Translations under genes and position numbers: made by a program
Notes under the pieces: generated by a model
Databases searched by the model: none
Seen by the model: the letters and a program-made list of their open reading frames with translations, nothing else
What the model was told of the DNA's origin: nothing
From: SAR324 cluster bacterium SAR324-CTD7B
GTDB lineage: Bacteria > SAR324 > NAC60-12
Direction: 5' to 3'
Assembly: GCA_002082305.1 (NCBI GenBank)
Contig: LSNO01000076.1
Location: 1,904-65,903 of the forward strand
DNA length: 64,000 nt
Shown here: positions 26,227 through 34,849 of the stretch, piece by piece
Position numbering within the stretch: the first letter of the stretch is position 1
How the letters are laid out: each line of letters begins with the position of its first letter

Positions 26227-27243
26227 ATGTTGCGCTTACCACCATTTGAATATCAAGCTCCAAACAGCATTGCTGAGGCTGTTGCACTGAAAGCAGAGTG
26301 CGGTGACTCGGCGATGTTTGTTTCCGGAGGAACAGATTTGTTTCCGAATATGAAACGGCGGCAATTCACACCGAAAATACTGATTGGTTTGCGGAAATTA
26401 GCAGAACTTCGCAGCATTAGTTTGGATGACTCCGGAAATGGATTAATGATTGGTTCCGGAGTTTCTTTGAGTGAAGTTGCGGAACATCCGGAAATCCTCA
26501 ATAATTTTCCGGCATTAGCAAAAGCAGCATCTTTGGTTTCTGCGCCACAGTTGCGGAATATGGGAACCATTGGCGGAAATTTGTGTTTGGATACACGATG
26601 TAATTATTACAACCAAACATTTCCATGGCGCAAAGCACTTGGATTTTGTTTGAAAAAACCGGAAAGTCCGATGCAAAACGATGCTATTTGCTGGGTGGCT
26701 CGCAGCAGTCCAAAATGTTTGGCGGTTTCGTCCTCTGATTGCGCTCCGGTGATGGTCGCCTTGGATGCGGAATTTCATTTGATGAATCCTGACGGTAAAC
26801 GCATTGTTCCGGCAGGAGGATTTTACAAAAATGACGGAATGGATTTTCTCAACAAAACTCCGGATGAATTGCTGGTATCCATTCACCTACCGTTACATGA
26901 AGGATGGAAAATGAATTACCGCAAATTAAGTCGGCGGGGTGCAATTGATTTTCCGGTGCTTGGCGTGGCAGTAGCATTGCGTTTGGACACATCCGGAAAT
27001 TGTATGGAAGCGCGGATTGTTTTGGGTGGGGTGGCTTCGTGTCCACTGCGGGCGTTTGAGGCGGAAAAACTTTTGGTGGGTGGCTCACTCACTGCGGAAG
27101 GGAGCCTGACACGGATTGAAAATACGGCTCAAGTAGCGGCAAAACTGGCAAAACCGATGGACAATACGGATATGACTTTGGGCTTCCGGAAGAAAATGGT
27201 GACGCAGTTTGTGGCGGAAACGATTAAGGAAGTTTTGAAGTAA
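26227..27243 (+). CDS. FAD-binding medium subunit with Cys-rich insertion (4-hydroxybenzoyl-CoA reductase beta, HcrB-like)
   Basis: 338 aa. FVSGGTDL and GTIGGNLC FAD-domain motifs. A ~40-residue insertion CLDTRCNYYNQTFPWRKALGFCLKK...ICW...KCL lies between GGNLC and SSSDCAPVMVALDAEF. Confidence 0.75.
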   Translation: MLRLPPFEYQAPNSIAEAVALKAECGDSAMFVSGGTDLFPNMKRRQFTPKILIGLRKLAELRSISLDDSGNGLMIGSGVSLSEVAEHPEILNNFPALAKAASLVSAPQLRNMGTIGGNLCLDTRCNYYNQTFPWRKALGFCLKKPESPMQNDAICWVARSSPKCLAVSSSDCAPVMVALDAEFHLMNPDGKRIVPAGGFYKNDGMDFLNKTPDELLVSIHLPLHEGWKMNYRKLSRRGAIDFPVLGVAVALRLDTSGNCMEARIVLGGVASCPLRAFEAEKLLVGGSLTAEGSLTRIENTAQVAAKLAKPMDNTDMTLGFRKKMVTQFVAETIKEVLK

Positions 27244-27249
27244 CAGGTT

Positions 27250-27912
27250 TTAGTCAAGTAAATCAAGTAATTCCAAAGGTGCGTTTATGATTGCTTGAGC
27301 ACCGTTTTCTCTCAGTTCTTTTTCCGGTCGAAATCCCCAAAGCACGCCCACCGGAAAACATCCGGCACTCGTGGCTGTTTTCATATCGGTTGCGGTGTCT
27401 CCCAAATAAAGAAAAGACTTCGCTGGAATTTTCAACTGCTCGCAAATATCAATCATTCCAGCAGGATCGGGCTTACGTGGAATGCCTTCCCGTTGGCCTA
27501 AAACCAATTCAAATTCCCAATTTGGCAAAAGATGCTTGACTGCAAGCAATGTAAATTTGTGAGGTTTGTTAGACAAAACTGTCAGCTTGAGTTTGCGGGA
27601 TTCCAATTCATCCAACAATACAGGAATGTCATCATAAGGCTGAGTATGTTCATCCCAGCACTCACGGTATGCTGTCTCAAAATCCTGTCTGCATTTTTCT
27701 ATGAGAGGTTCTTTACGGACTTCTTCAGGAAGGGCACGGGTAATAAGCATTTTCGCTCCATCTCCTACAAAATAGCGAAATGCATCAACGGGGTGTTCTG
27801 GGAATCCTCTTTTTGAAAGTATTGTATTTGTACAGTGTGCTAAGTCGGCTAAGCTATCTAGCAATGTGCCGTCTAAATCAAAGCAGATTGCCTGAAATTG
27901 CATGAAGGGCAA
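27250..27912 (-). CDS. HAD-superfamily phosphatase (phosphoglycolate-phosphatase-like)
   Basis: 220 aa. Motif I FDLDGTLLDS, motif II VLSNK, motif III GDTATD. Confidence 0.75.
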   Translation of the reverse strand: MPFMQFQAICFDLDGTLLDSLADLAHCTNTILSKRGFPEHPVDAFRYFVGDGAKMLITRALPEEVRKEPLIEKCRQDFETAYRECWDEHTQPYDDIPVLLDELESRKLKLTVLSNKPHKFTLLAVKHLLPNWEFELVLGQREGIPRKPDPAGMIDICEQLKIPAKSFLYLGDTATDMKTATSAGCFPVGVLWGFRPEKELRENGAQAIINAPLELLDLLD

Positions 27913-27916
27913 TGAA

Positions 27917-28198
27917 TTAATTGTTATTGTTCAATTCGTCACGCCAGATTTTAGAGGGATGAAATGTCACAACCTTTCGTGCAGAAATTTCATAATCCCT
28001 TTTTGATTTTGGATCACGTCCAGGTCGAGATTTTTTGTTACGCAACTCAAACTTTCCTAAACCTGTGATGAGTACATCCTCACCTTTCTCTAATTTTTCT
28101 TTGATCATTTCCAACATATCGTTGACCACTTTTTCAGCTTCACCAAACTGTAAGTCAGTTCCCAGCTGGATAGCCCGTACTATATCGACTTTTACCAT
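27917..28198 (-). CDS. HU/IHF-family DNA-binding protein (IHF-alpha-like)
   Basis: 93 aa. GLGKFELRNKKSRPGRDPKSKRDYEISARKVVTFHPS matches the beta-arm signature (RPGRNP..G..I.I.ARRVVTF). Confidence 0.8.
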   Translation of the reverse strand: MVKVDIVRAIQLGTDLQFGEAEKVVNDMLEMIKEKLEKGEDVLITGLGKFELRNKKSRPGRDPKSKRDYEISARKVVTFHPSKIWRDELNNNN

Positions 28199-28567
28199 TC
28201 GCTCCTCCGATTTGTCTAATATATTAATGCTAGCGATTTATTAAAATTATTTGTTTATAAATTTTTCTGACTGACTCTCCTCCAAAGACTTCTTTTACCT
28301 CTTCCTGAAGCTCGGATTAGCGAAGACTGTAAGAATACTGAGACCATACTATAACTATGGGAAGCGTCTTCTACAATACTTTTTTTAAAAAAAATCAATT
28401 AAATCAATTTAAAATAGAAAATAAGCACAAAATGATTGAATAAATCAACCTTGATCCTTCTTTAATATTTTTCAAAGAAGCTCAAAAAGTTGGACATTGT
28501 CCAGATATTTTCTCTATAGTAAGAGTCACATCTTCCCAGCAGAAATATTTATCAGGATAATTTGTCA

Positions 28568-28999
28568 ATGTTTTTCAGGCAGCACAAACGACTGTTTTTT
28601 CTAGTAATTATTGTAATTGTTCTGTCAATTCTCACCTTGTATTTTCAGCAAATTAAGCTTGAAGAATTGCGCACTGAACTGGCTAAAGTAGAACTTCAGA
28701 ATGTAAGGGTAGGCGCTGGAACTTCAAAAGGCAAGTTGGGAACAGCAATTTTTGGTGTAATTCAAAATAATGGAGAACACACGATTAAGATTGCAACTAT
28801 GAATGTTAATTTCATAGGCGAAGATGGAAAATTCTCTAAGGTTCATAAATTTTTTCCGGTAAATAATTATTCTTTCAGTGATTCTTTACCTTTGGAGCCC
28901 GGACAGTCTAAAGAGTTTGGCTTCCCTATCGATGAAATTATTCCGGAAAATTGGAACGGAACCATCACTGCCAAACTTATCGATTTAAAATTCAAATAA
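28568..28999 (+). CDS. Hypothetical membrane-anchored protein
   Basis: 143 aa from ATG 28568 (the track starts at TTG 28562). One N-terminal TM helix (LFFLVIIVIVLSILTLYF). No recognised motif. It ends 13 nt before the next gene. Confidence 0.4.
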   Translation: MFFRQHKRLFFLVIIVIVLSILTLYFQQIKLEELRTELAKVELQNVRVGAGTSKGKLGTAIFGVIQNNGEHTIKIATMNVNFIGEDGKFSKVHKFFPVNNYSFSDSLPLEPGQSKEFGFPIDEIIPENWNGTITAKLIDLKFK

Positions 29000-29012
29000 C
29001 AAACTGAATAAT

Positions 29013-30974
29013 ATGGCCATAGCACTTTGGCAGCCAAGTCCTGAAGAACAGGAAAAAACTCTGCTTACATGTTTCAGCAAAAAAGTACAGGAACGGTACG
29101 AACTTCCGGATTACGAATATTCGACTTTGCACCAGTGGTCAATCGACTATCCGGAACTGTTCTGGGAAGAAGTATGGCGTGATTGTGATGTCCGCTCTTC
29201 TGTGGCGTGGAGCAAAGTTATGAGCAAATCCAAATTTAGTGAAAAAATTGGTACTGAACCTTCCGGATGGTTTGAGGGGGCAAGGTTGAATTTTGCAGAA
29301 AATTTGTTGGCACAGGGTAATGATGAAAATGAAGCACTCTGTTTTATTGGTGAAAATGGTTCAACAAGCTCCCTTAGTTACGAAGAACTACGGAATGCAG
29401 TGGCACAATGCGCCTCCGGACTGAAGTCCCTTGGAGTTTCAAAAAATGATCGTGTCGCAGCAGTTATGCCAAATTGTCCGGAAGCCGTTATCGGGATGCT
29501 GGCAACTGCGAGTCTTGGAGCAATTTGGTCTTCCTGTTCTCCGGACTTTGGAATTAACGGCATTAACGATAGGTTGGGACAAATTTCACCAAAAATTTTG
29601 ATAACTGTCAACGCATATCACTACAACGGTAAAGAACATGATTGTCTTCTCAAAATCCGAGAAATCGTCAGTCGTATTCCTTCAATTGAATTGGTGTTTA
29701 TAGTACCTTTTACAGAAACAACAATAAAATTTCAAGGTAATGAGCAAGCTTGGGCCAAAATACTTAATTCTTCTGCAGGAACAATAAATTTCGCACAACT
29801 TCCTTTTGATCATCCTCTTTACATACTTTACTCTTCAGGAACAACCGGTTTGCCTAAATCTATCGTTCACGGAGCAGGAGGTACTTTGCTGAAGCATCTC
29901 ACCGAACATCGTTATCATGCAGATGTGCATCCCGGTGACCGGATGTTTTTTTTTACTACTTGCGGATGGATGATGTGGAATTGGCTGGTAAGCTGTCTTG
30001 CTTCAGGAGCGACTCTAATTTTGTATGATGGTGCACCTGGATTCCCGGACATTGGGCGAATGTGGCGCTTAATAGACGAACAGCAGATCACACATTTTGG
30101 AACAAGTCCAAAGTTTCTTGGTACTGTCAGTAAAACCGGATATTCGCCAAAACAAAATCATCAGCTGGAATCATTACGTGCAATTTTATCAACAGGTTCT
30201 CCACTTCCGGCAGATTTGTTTTCATGGGTTTATGCGGAAGTTGCTTATGTCCCACTAATGTCAGTTGCGGGCGGCACTGATATTGCCGGATGTTTTATGG
30301 GAGGTAACCCGAATCTTCCGGTTTATTCTGAGGAACTACAGTGCAAAAGTCTGGGTATGAATACACTTGCATACAATTCAGACGGCGAGTCAGTGGTTTG
30401 TGAAAAAGGAGAATTGGTTTGTGCTGACCCTTTTCCGTCTATGCCGATTTATTTCTGGAATGATGCGGATGGTAAAAAGTATCATAAAGCATATTTTGAA
30501 AAATTCCCGGGAGTTTGGACACATGGAGATTTTATTGAAATTACTGAACGCGGGGGCATAATTGTATATGGCAGAAGTGATACAGTTCTTAACCCCGGTG
30601 GAGTTAGAATTGGTACTGCTGAAATATATCGTCCTGTTGAAGAAATGAAGGAGATTGAGGACAGTTTAGTTGTTGCACAGCCTTGGGAGAGTGATGTGAG
30701 GATTGTGCTTTTTGTGGTATTACGTGACGGAATCCGGTTGGATGAAAATTTAGTTGCCAAAATAAAAACCGTTATTCGCAGTGACACTACTCCGCGTCAT
30801 GTTCCGGCACGGATTTTAGCGATTCCGGATGTGCCAAGAACTATCAGTGGAAAAAAGGTGGAAAAGGCTGCACTGCAAACTATCAAAGGCGAATATATTG
30901 AAAATACATCAGCACTTGCTAATCCGGGAAGCTTGGAACATTTTTCAAAATTAAGTGAAGAATTGAGAAAATAA
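29013..30974 (+). CDS. Acetoacetyl-CoA synthetase (acetoacetate-CoA ligase)
   Basis: 653 aa. LWQPS N-terminus, YSSGTTGLPKSIVH AMP motif, and length and layout typical of the AACS branch. C-terminal SGKKVE lysine. Confidence 0.8.
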   Translation: MAIALWQPSPEEQEKTLLTCFSKKVQERYELPDYEYSTLHQWSIDYPELFWEEVWRDCDVRSSVAWSKVMSKSKFSEKIGTEPSGWFEGARLNFAENLLAQGNDENEALCFIGENGSTSSLSYEELRNAVAQCASGLKSLGVSKNDRVAAVMPNCPEAVIGMLATASLGAIWSSCSPDFGINGINDRLGQISPKILITVNAYHYNGKEHDCLLKIREIVSRIPSIELVFIVPFTETTIKFQGNEQAWAKILNSSAGTINFAQLPFDHPLYILYSSGTTGLPKSIVHGAGGTLLKHLTEHRYHADVHPGDRMFFFTTCGWMMWNWLVSCLASGATLILYDGAPGFPDIGRMWRLIDEQQITHFGTSPKFLGTVSKTGYSPKQNHQLESLRAILSTGSPLPADLFSWVYAEVAYVPLMSVAGGTDIAGCFMGGNPNLPVYSEELQCKSLGMNTLAYNSDGESVVCEKGELVCADPFPSMPIYFWNDADGKKYHKAYFEKFPGVWTHGDFIEITERGGIIVYGRSDTVLNPGGVRIGTAEIYRPVEEMKEIEDSLVVAQPWESDVRIVLFVVLRDGIRLDENLVAKIKTVIRSDTTPRHVPARILAIPDVPRTISGKKVEKAALQTIKGEYIENTSALANPGSLEHFSKLSEELRK

Positions 30975-30990
30975 GATAATAATAAAGAGG

Positions 30991-32409
30991 CTAGGTCTCT
31001 ACTTTTTGTGAGTCTTCGTATATGCGGTCTTTTAGGCTCTGAAGTAGATCAAGAATCGGCAAATCAGGGACTTCCGGCCATTCCATCAGTTTCAGCAGGT
31101 ATTTTTTCAGGCGTCCCCGTGACAATCCACGTTTCTCCCAGCTGTAATAAATAGCCTCAATTTCTGCAGATAGAGGTCTCCCCTCCAAACTTCTTCGTAA
31201 AAGGAATCTGAGTGTGCTGTCAGGATACTGGCGAATAAACTTTTCTAATGCAGCCTTTGAAATTTTTTCTCCGCCAAATACCACATCAGTCTCGTCAGAA
31301 TCAACTAGAATCAAGCCGCTGTCATCTTCTTCAATCTCTTCATCTTCTTCATCCTCTTCAAAGTTAAGCAACAGATCGGCAGTAGTAACAGTTGAGGAAT
31401 CTGCCTCAGTTTCTGGTTCGTAATTATTTTTTTCTTTCAACTCATCTTCTTCTTCAACCTCAACTGCAGCATCTTCAATAGTTTGAGATGCCACAGTTTC
31501 TTCCTCAAAAATTCCCTCTTCTGCTTTTTTTGACTCTATCAAGACTTCTGCAGTTTCTGCTATATCCGTTTCCAAGTCAGGCTCTAGAGGAAATTCTGAA
31601 AGTTCATTCTGATCTTCAGTCAGTGTTGAACTGATGTCCAGTTTGTCAAGAATATCATTTTTTTCTTCCGCAATAAGAATTTCTGCAACATCTGGAGCGG
31701 TTCGTTTTTCAGCAGTTGGATTTAGTTGTGAAGGTCGCAAAAATTTTATTGGAGAGTTTTTTCGCTCCTGTTTTATTACAGGATTTAAACTTTCGACTGA
31801 AACACCACGTTTTTTTGCAATGTGCTTCAGGAAGCCTTTTACCAGTTCACGTCCTTCAAGTCGTTCCCGGACCTGGCTTCTTAACTGTTTCAAGTCTTCA
31901 ATCTTGAAGTTGGTTTTTGAAAAATCCGGTTCCTCTTCCTGGTCTTCCTGTTCCAGTGTCTCTCCACCTAAAACCAGACTATAATACGTCTCGATGTGCA
32001 AAAGGAAATCATACAAGGGGTGTTTTTCTTGCTCACGGAGTCCATACGAAATGTTGTAACGAATATTGAAATGATGGTGTTTCCCTTTAGCCAGTTGATC
32101 AAATGATTTCTGAATTCGTTGAGAAAGTTTTTTTTGCAGAATTTCTGCAGGCCAATTAAATTGTTTAACATAATCAATGAAACCCACATAACGCTCTCTT
32201 GGAACGAGTGTACGAAGTACCTCAGCTTCCTGATCAAAAAAGTCACGTATCACCCATCCTCCTGCTTCAAGCTCATTTTCAGAAGCATCCACAAAGACAA
32301 ATCCTGATTTGAAAAGATGCTCGCACAACTGAATAAGAAGTGAATCCTGATCTGGAAGCAGCGAATCAAAATGTTCACTGTATTCCCTGAAGGTAGCATT
32401 ACGGTGCAT
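30991..32409 (-). CDS. Hypothetical protein with a long acidic low-complexity centre
   Basis: 472 aa. Structured-looking N-terminal (~150 aa) and C-terminal (~90 aa) regions flank an E/D-rich stretch (EEDEEDEEIEEDD). No recognised motif. Confidence 0.45.
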   Translation of the reverse strand: MHRNATFREYSEHFDSLLPDQDSLLIQLCEHLFKSGFVFVDASENELEAGGWVIRDFFDQEAEVLRTLVPRERYVGFIDYVKQFNWPAEILQKKLSQRIQKSFDQLAKGKHHHFNIRYNISYGLREQEKHPLYDFLLHIETYYSLVLGGETLEQEDQEEEPDFSKTNFKIEDLKQLRSQVRERLEGRELVKGFLKHIAKKRGVSVESLNPVIKQERKNSPIKFLRPSQLNPTAEKRTAPDVAEILIAEEKNDILDKLDISSTLTEDQNELSEFPLEPDLETDIAETAEVLIESKKAEEGIFEEETVASQTIEDAAVEVEEEDELKEKNNYEPETEADSSTVTTADLLLNFEEDEEDEEIEEDDSGLILVDSDETDVVFGGEKISKAALEKFIRQYPDSTLRFLLRRSLEGRPLSAEIEAIYYSWEKRGLSRGRLKKYLLKLMEWPEVPDLPILDLLQSLKDRIYEDSQKVET

Positions 32410-32719
32410 GAGACGAAAAGAGTTTAATCAGATTAGAAATTTGGACACAACACAACATAGCGTAAAATCTTGCGCCGGGCAACCACAGAGTGCCAGAAAC
32501 AGGGAAAGATTAATTTTAGATATTTGTTTTAGTAGTTTTGTAAAGACTTCAAATTAGAATTGCGTTGAGATTCAACAAGTTTTTTTCTAAGCTTATTGTT
32601 TGAGAATCATTCTGACATTAAGACGAAATACTGCCGATTCTTCTTTGTTATACAGAAAGCAATAAGGGTAGTAATCTAACTTTTAAAGTAATTTCCAATT
32701 TTAAGATAATTAATTAATA

Positions 32720-34657
32720 ATGATCAGCATTGCTGACTTAGCCATGAATTATGGCAAAAAAACGCTCTTTGAAAAATCATCAGTCACCTTTAATCCAGGT
32801 AAAAGCTACGGGCTTGTTGGTGCAAATGGTTCTGGAAAGTCCACGCTGTTGCGGCTGATTGCTGGAGAAGAAAAACCTAATTCCGGAACAATATCTGTAC
32901 CACGTGACTTGAAACTTGGAGTTCTCAGGCAGGATCATTTTCAGTATGAGAATATTAAAGTTATTGACGTAGTGCTCCTCGGAAAGCCCGCTTTATGCGA
33001 AGCTCTTAGAGAAAAAGAAAAAATTCTTGAGTCTGAAAATCTAGATAGTCAATCCGGTCACAGGCTGGGTCAACTGGAAGAGATGATTGCTGAAGCAGAC
33101 GGTTATGTAGCTGAACCTTTTGCTGCAGAGTTGTTATCTGGATTGGGGATTGGTACAGGATTTCACACTGGTCCTATGAGTGCACTTTCCGGCGGCTTCA
33201 AATTGCGTGTACTTTTAGCTCAATTGCTTTTTCAGCAACCCGACGTGCTGCTGCTTGACGAACCAACCAACCATCTGGACATTGTTTCAATCCGCTGGCT
33301 GGAAAACTATTTGTGTACACAGTTCGAAGGAACCCTGATTTTTATTTCACATGACAGAAATTTTCTCAATGTGGTTGCCAGTTACATTATTGATATAGAT
33401 TACGAAGAATTACGACTTTACACTGGAAATTACGAACAGTTCCTTGAAGCAAAAACCCTGGCTGAAACTCAGAAACGTAAAGAAATCGAAAACTATGAGC
33501 GCAAAACTGCTGAACTACAGGCCTTTGTAGATCGTTTTCGTGCAAAAGCTACCAAAGCTCGGCAAGCCCAGTCACGTGTCAAACAACTCGATAAAATGGA
33601 GGTGCCAGAGGTAAAGCGTTCCTCCCGGATATCTCCAGACCTGAGCTTTGAGCAGTTTCGACCCTCCGGAAAAACTGTGCTGACTGTAAAAGATGTGAGT
33701 AAAAAGTTTGGGAACACTGAGGTTCTGAAAAATGTATCTTTTGAAATTCAACGGGGTGAAAAAGTCGCTATCATTGGTCCAAACGGTATTGGAAAATCAA
33801 CTTTACTGAAAATTATTCTTGCTCAGCTTTCTGCAGACGAAGGTACTTTCGAGTGGGGTTATGAAACTCATACCTCTTATTTTGCCCAAGATCACCATGA
33901 ACATTTACGTGGAAAAATCAGTGCTTACGACTGGCTTTATGCAACTGCACCACACGAACCGATTGGAGCTATCCGTGGTTTGTTAGGTCGAGTTTTACTG
34001 TCCGGAGATGAAGCGCTTAAACAGGTTACTGCATTGAGTGGAGGAGAATCTGCCCGTTTGCTATTTGCAAGAATAATGCTGGAAAAAAGGAATATCTTAA
34101 TCCTCGATGAACCTACAAATCATATGGATCTGGAAGGTGTTGCGGCACTTGGTGATGCTTTGAAAGCATTTGAAGGTACTGTTTTGGTGGTAAGTCACTA
34201 TCGGCATTTTGTTTCCAAAGTTGCAACTCATATCCTGGAGTTAACTCCACATGGTGTCCGCGACTTTTCCGGGAGCTATCAGGAATACCTTGAAAAATTT
34301 GGTGATGACTATCTAAGCCGGGATCAGCCTCTTTCTACGACACACCGGGAAACAAAAGCGACACCTTCAACTCAGGAATTGAGCAATGCTGAACGAAAAA
34401 AACTTCAGAGTGAAATATCAAAATTAAAAAAACAGTCTACACGTTTTGAAACACTGATTGAAGAGGGTGAACAAAAAATTTCTGCAATTGAGGCAAAATT
34501 TGGAGTTGAAAATTTTTATCAGCAAGCATCGCCTGAGGAAATACAGAATTTACAAACCGAAAAAGAAAAATTGAGCGCTCAACTTTCTACACATCTCAGC
34601 CAGTGGGAGACTTCCTCACATAAATTGGAAGTTGCCCAAGCACGTTTCGGCGGTTAA
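32720..34657 (+). CDS. ABC-F family ATPase (two ABC cassettes plus a C-terminal coiled coil; Uup/YheS-like)
   Basis: 645 aa. Walker A GANGSGKST and GPNGIGKST, signatures LSGGFKLR and LSGGESAR, Walker B LLLDEPTNHLD and LILDEPTNHMD. No TM domain. Confidence 0.85.
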   Translation: MISIADLAMNYGKKTLFEKSSVTFNPGKSYGLVGANGSGKSTLLRLIAGEEKPNSGTISVPRDLKLGVLRQDHFQYENIKVIDVVLLGKPALCEALREKEKILESENLDSQSGHRLGQLEEMIAEADGYVAEPFAAELLSGLGIGTGFHTGPMSALSGGFKLRVLLAQLLFQQPDVLLLDEPTNHLDIVSIRWLENYLCTQFEGTLIFISHDRNFLNVVASYIIDIDYEELRLYTGNYEQFLEAKTLAETQKRKEIENYERKTAELQAFVDRFRAKATKARQAQSRVKQLDKMEVPEVKRSSRISPDLSFEQFRPSGKTVLTVKDVSKKFGNTEVLKNVSFEIQRGEKVAIIGPNGIGKSTLLKIILAQLSADEGTFEWGYETHTSYFAQDHHEHLRGKISAYDWLYATAPHEPIGAIRGLLGRVLLSGDEALKQVTALSGGESARLLFARIMLEKRNILILDEPTNHMDLEGVAALGDALKAFEGTVLVVSHYRHFVSKVATHILELTPHGVRDFSGSYQEYLEKFGDDYLSRDQPLSTTHRETKATPSTQELSNAERKKLQSEISKLKKQSTRFETLIEEGEQKISAIEAKFGVENFYQQASPEEIQNLQTEKEKLSAQLSTHLSQWETSSHKLEVAQARFGG

Positions 34658-34849
34658 TTTTTCAAAAAAAGTAACCAGCAGTTTTTACATACGCCGTTTA
34701 TTTAGTAGCTGAAGATTTAGAACAGCTTTACTAATGAGGTTTAAACATGTTAACGATGTTGTACTCCTCAATCAGGCAGATTTTAGATTGTTGGCAAAAT
34801 TGATGTGAGTAATGTATGATTGGTTATACAACTAACTTAAGAGGTCCCC

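Noticed and set aside
28487-28499. 13-bp palindrome TGGACATTGTCCA upstream of the 28568 ORF, considered as an operator
   Set aside because: It is a single short palindrome in a 360-bp AT-rich region. I saw no second copy in the window.
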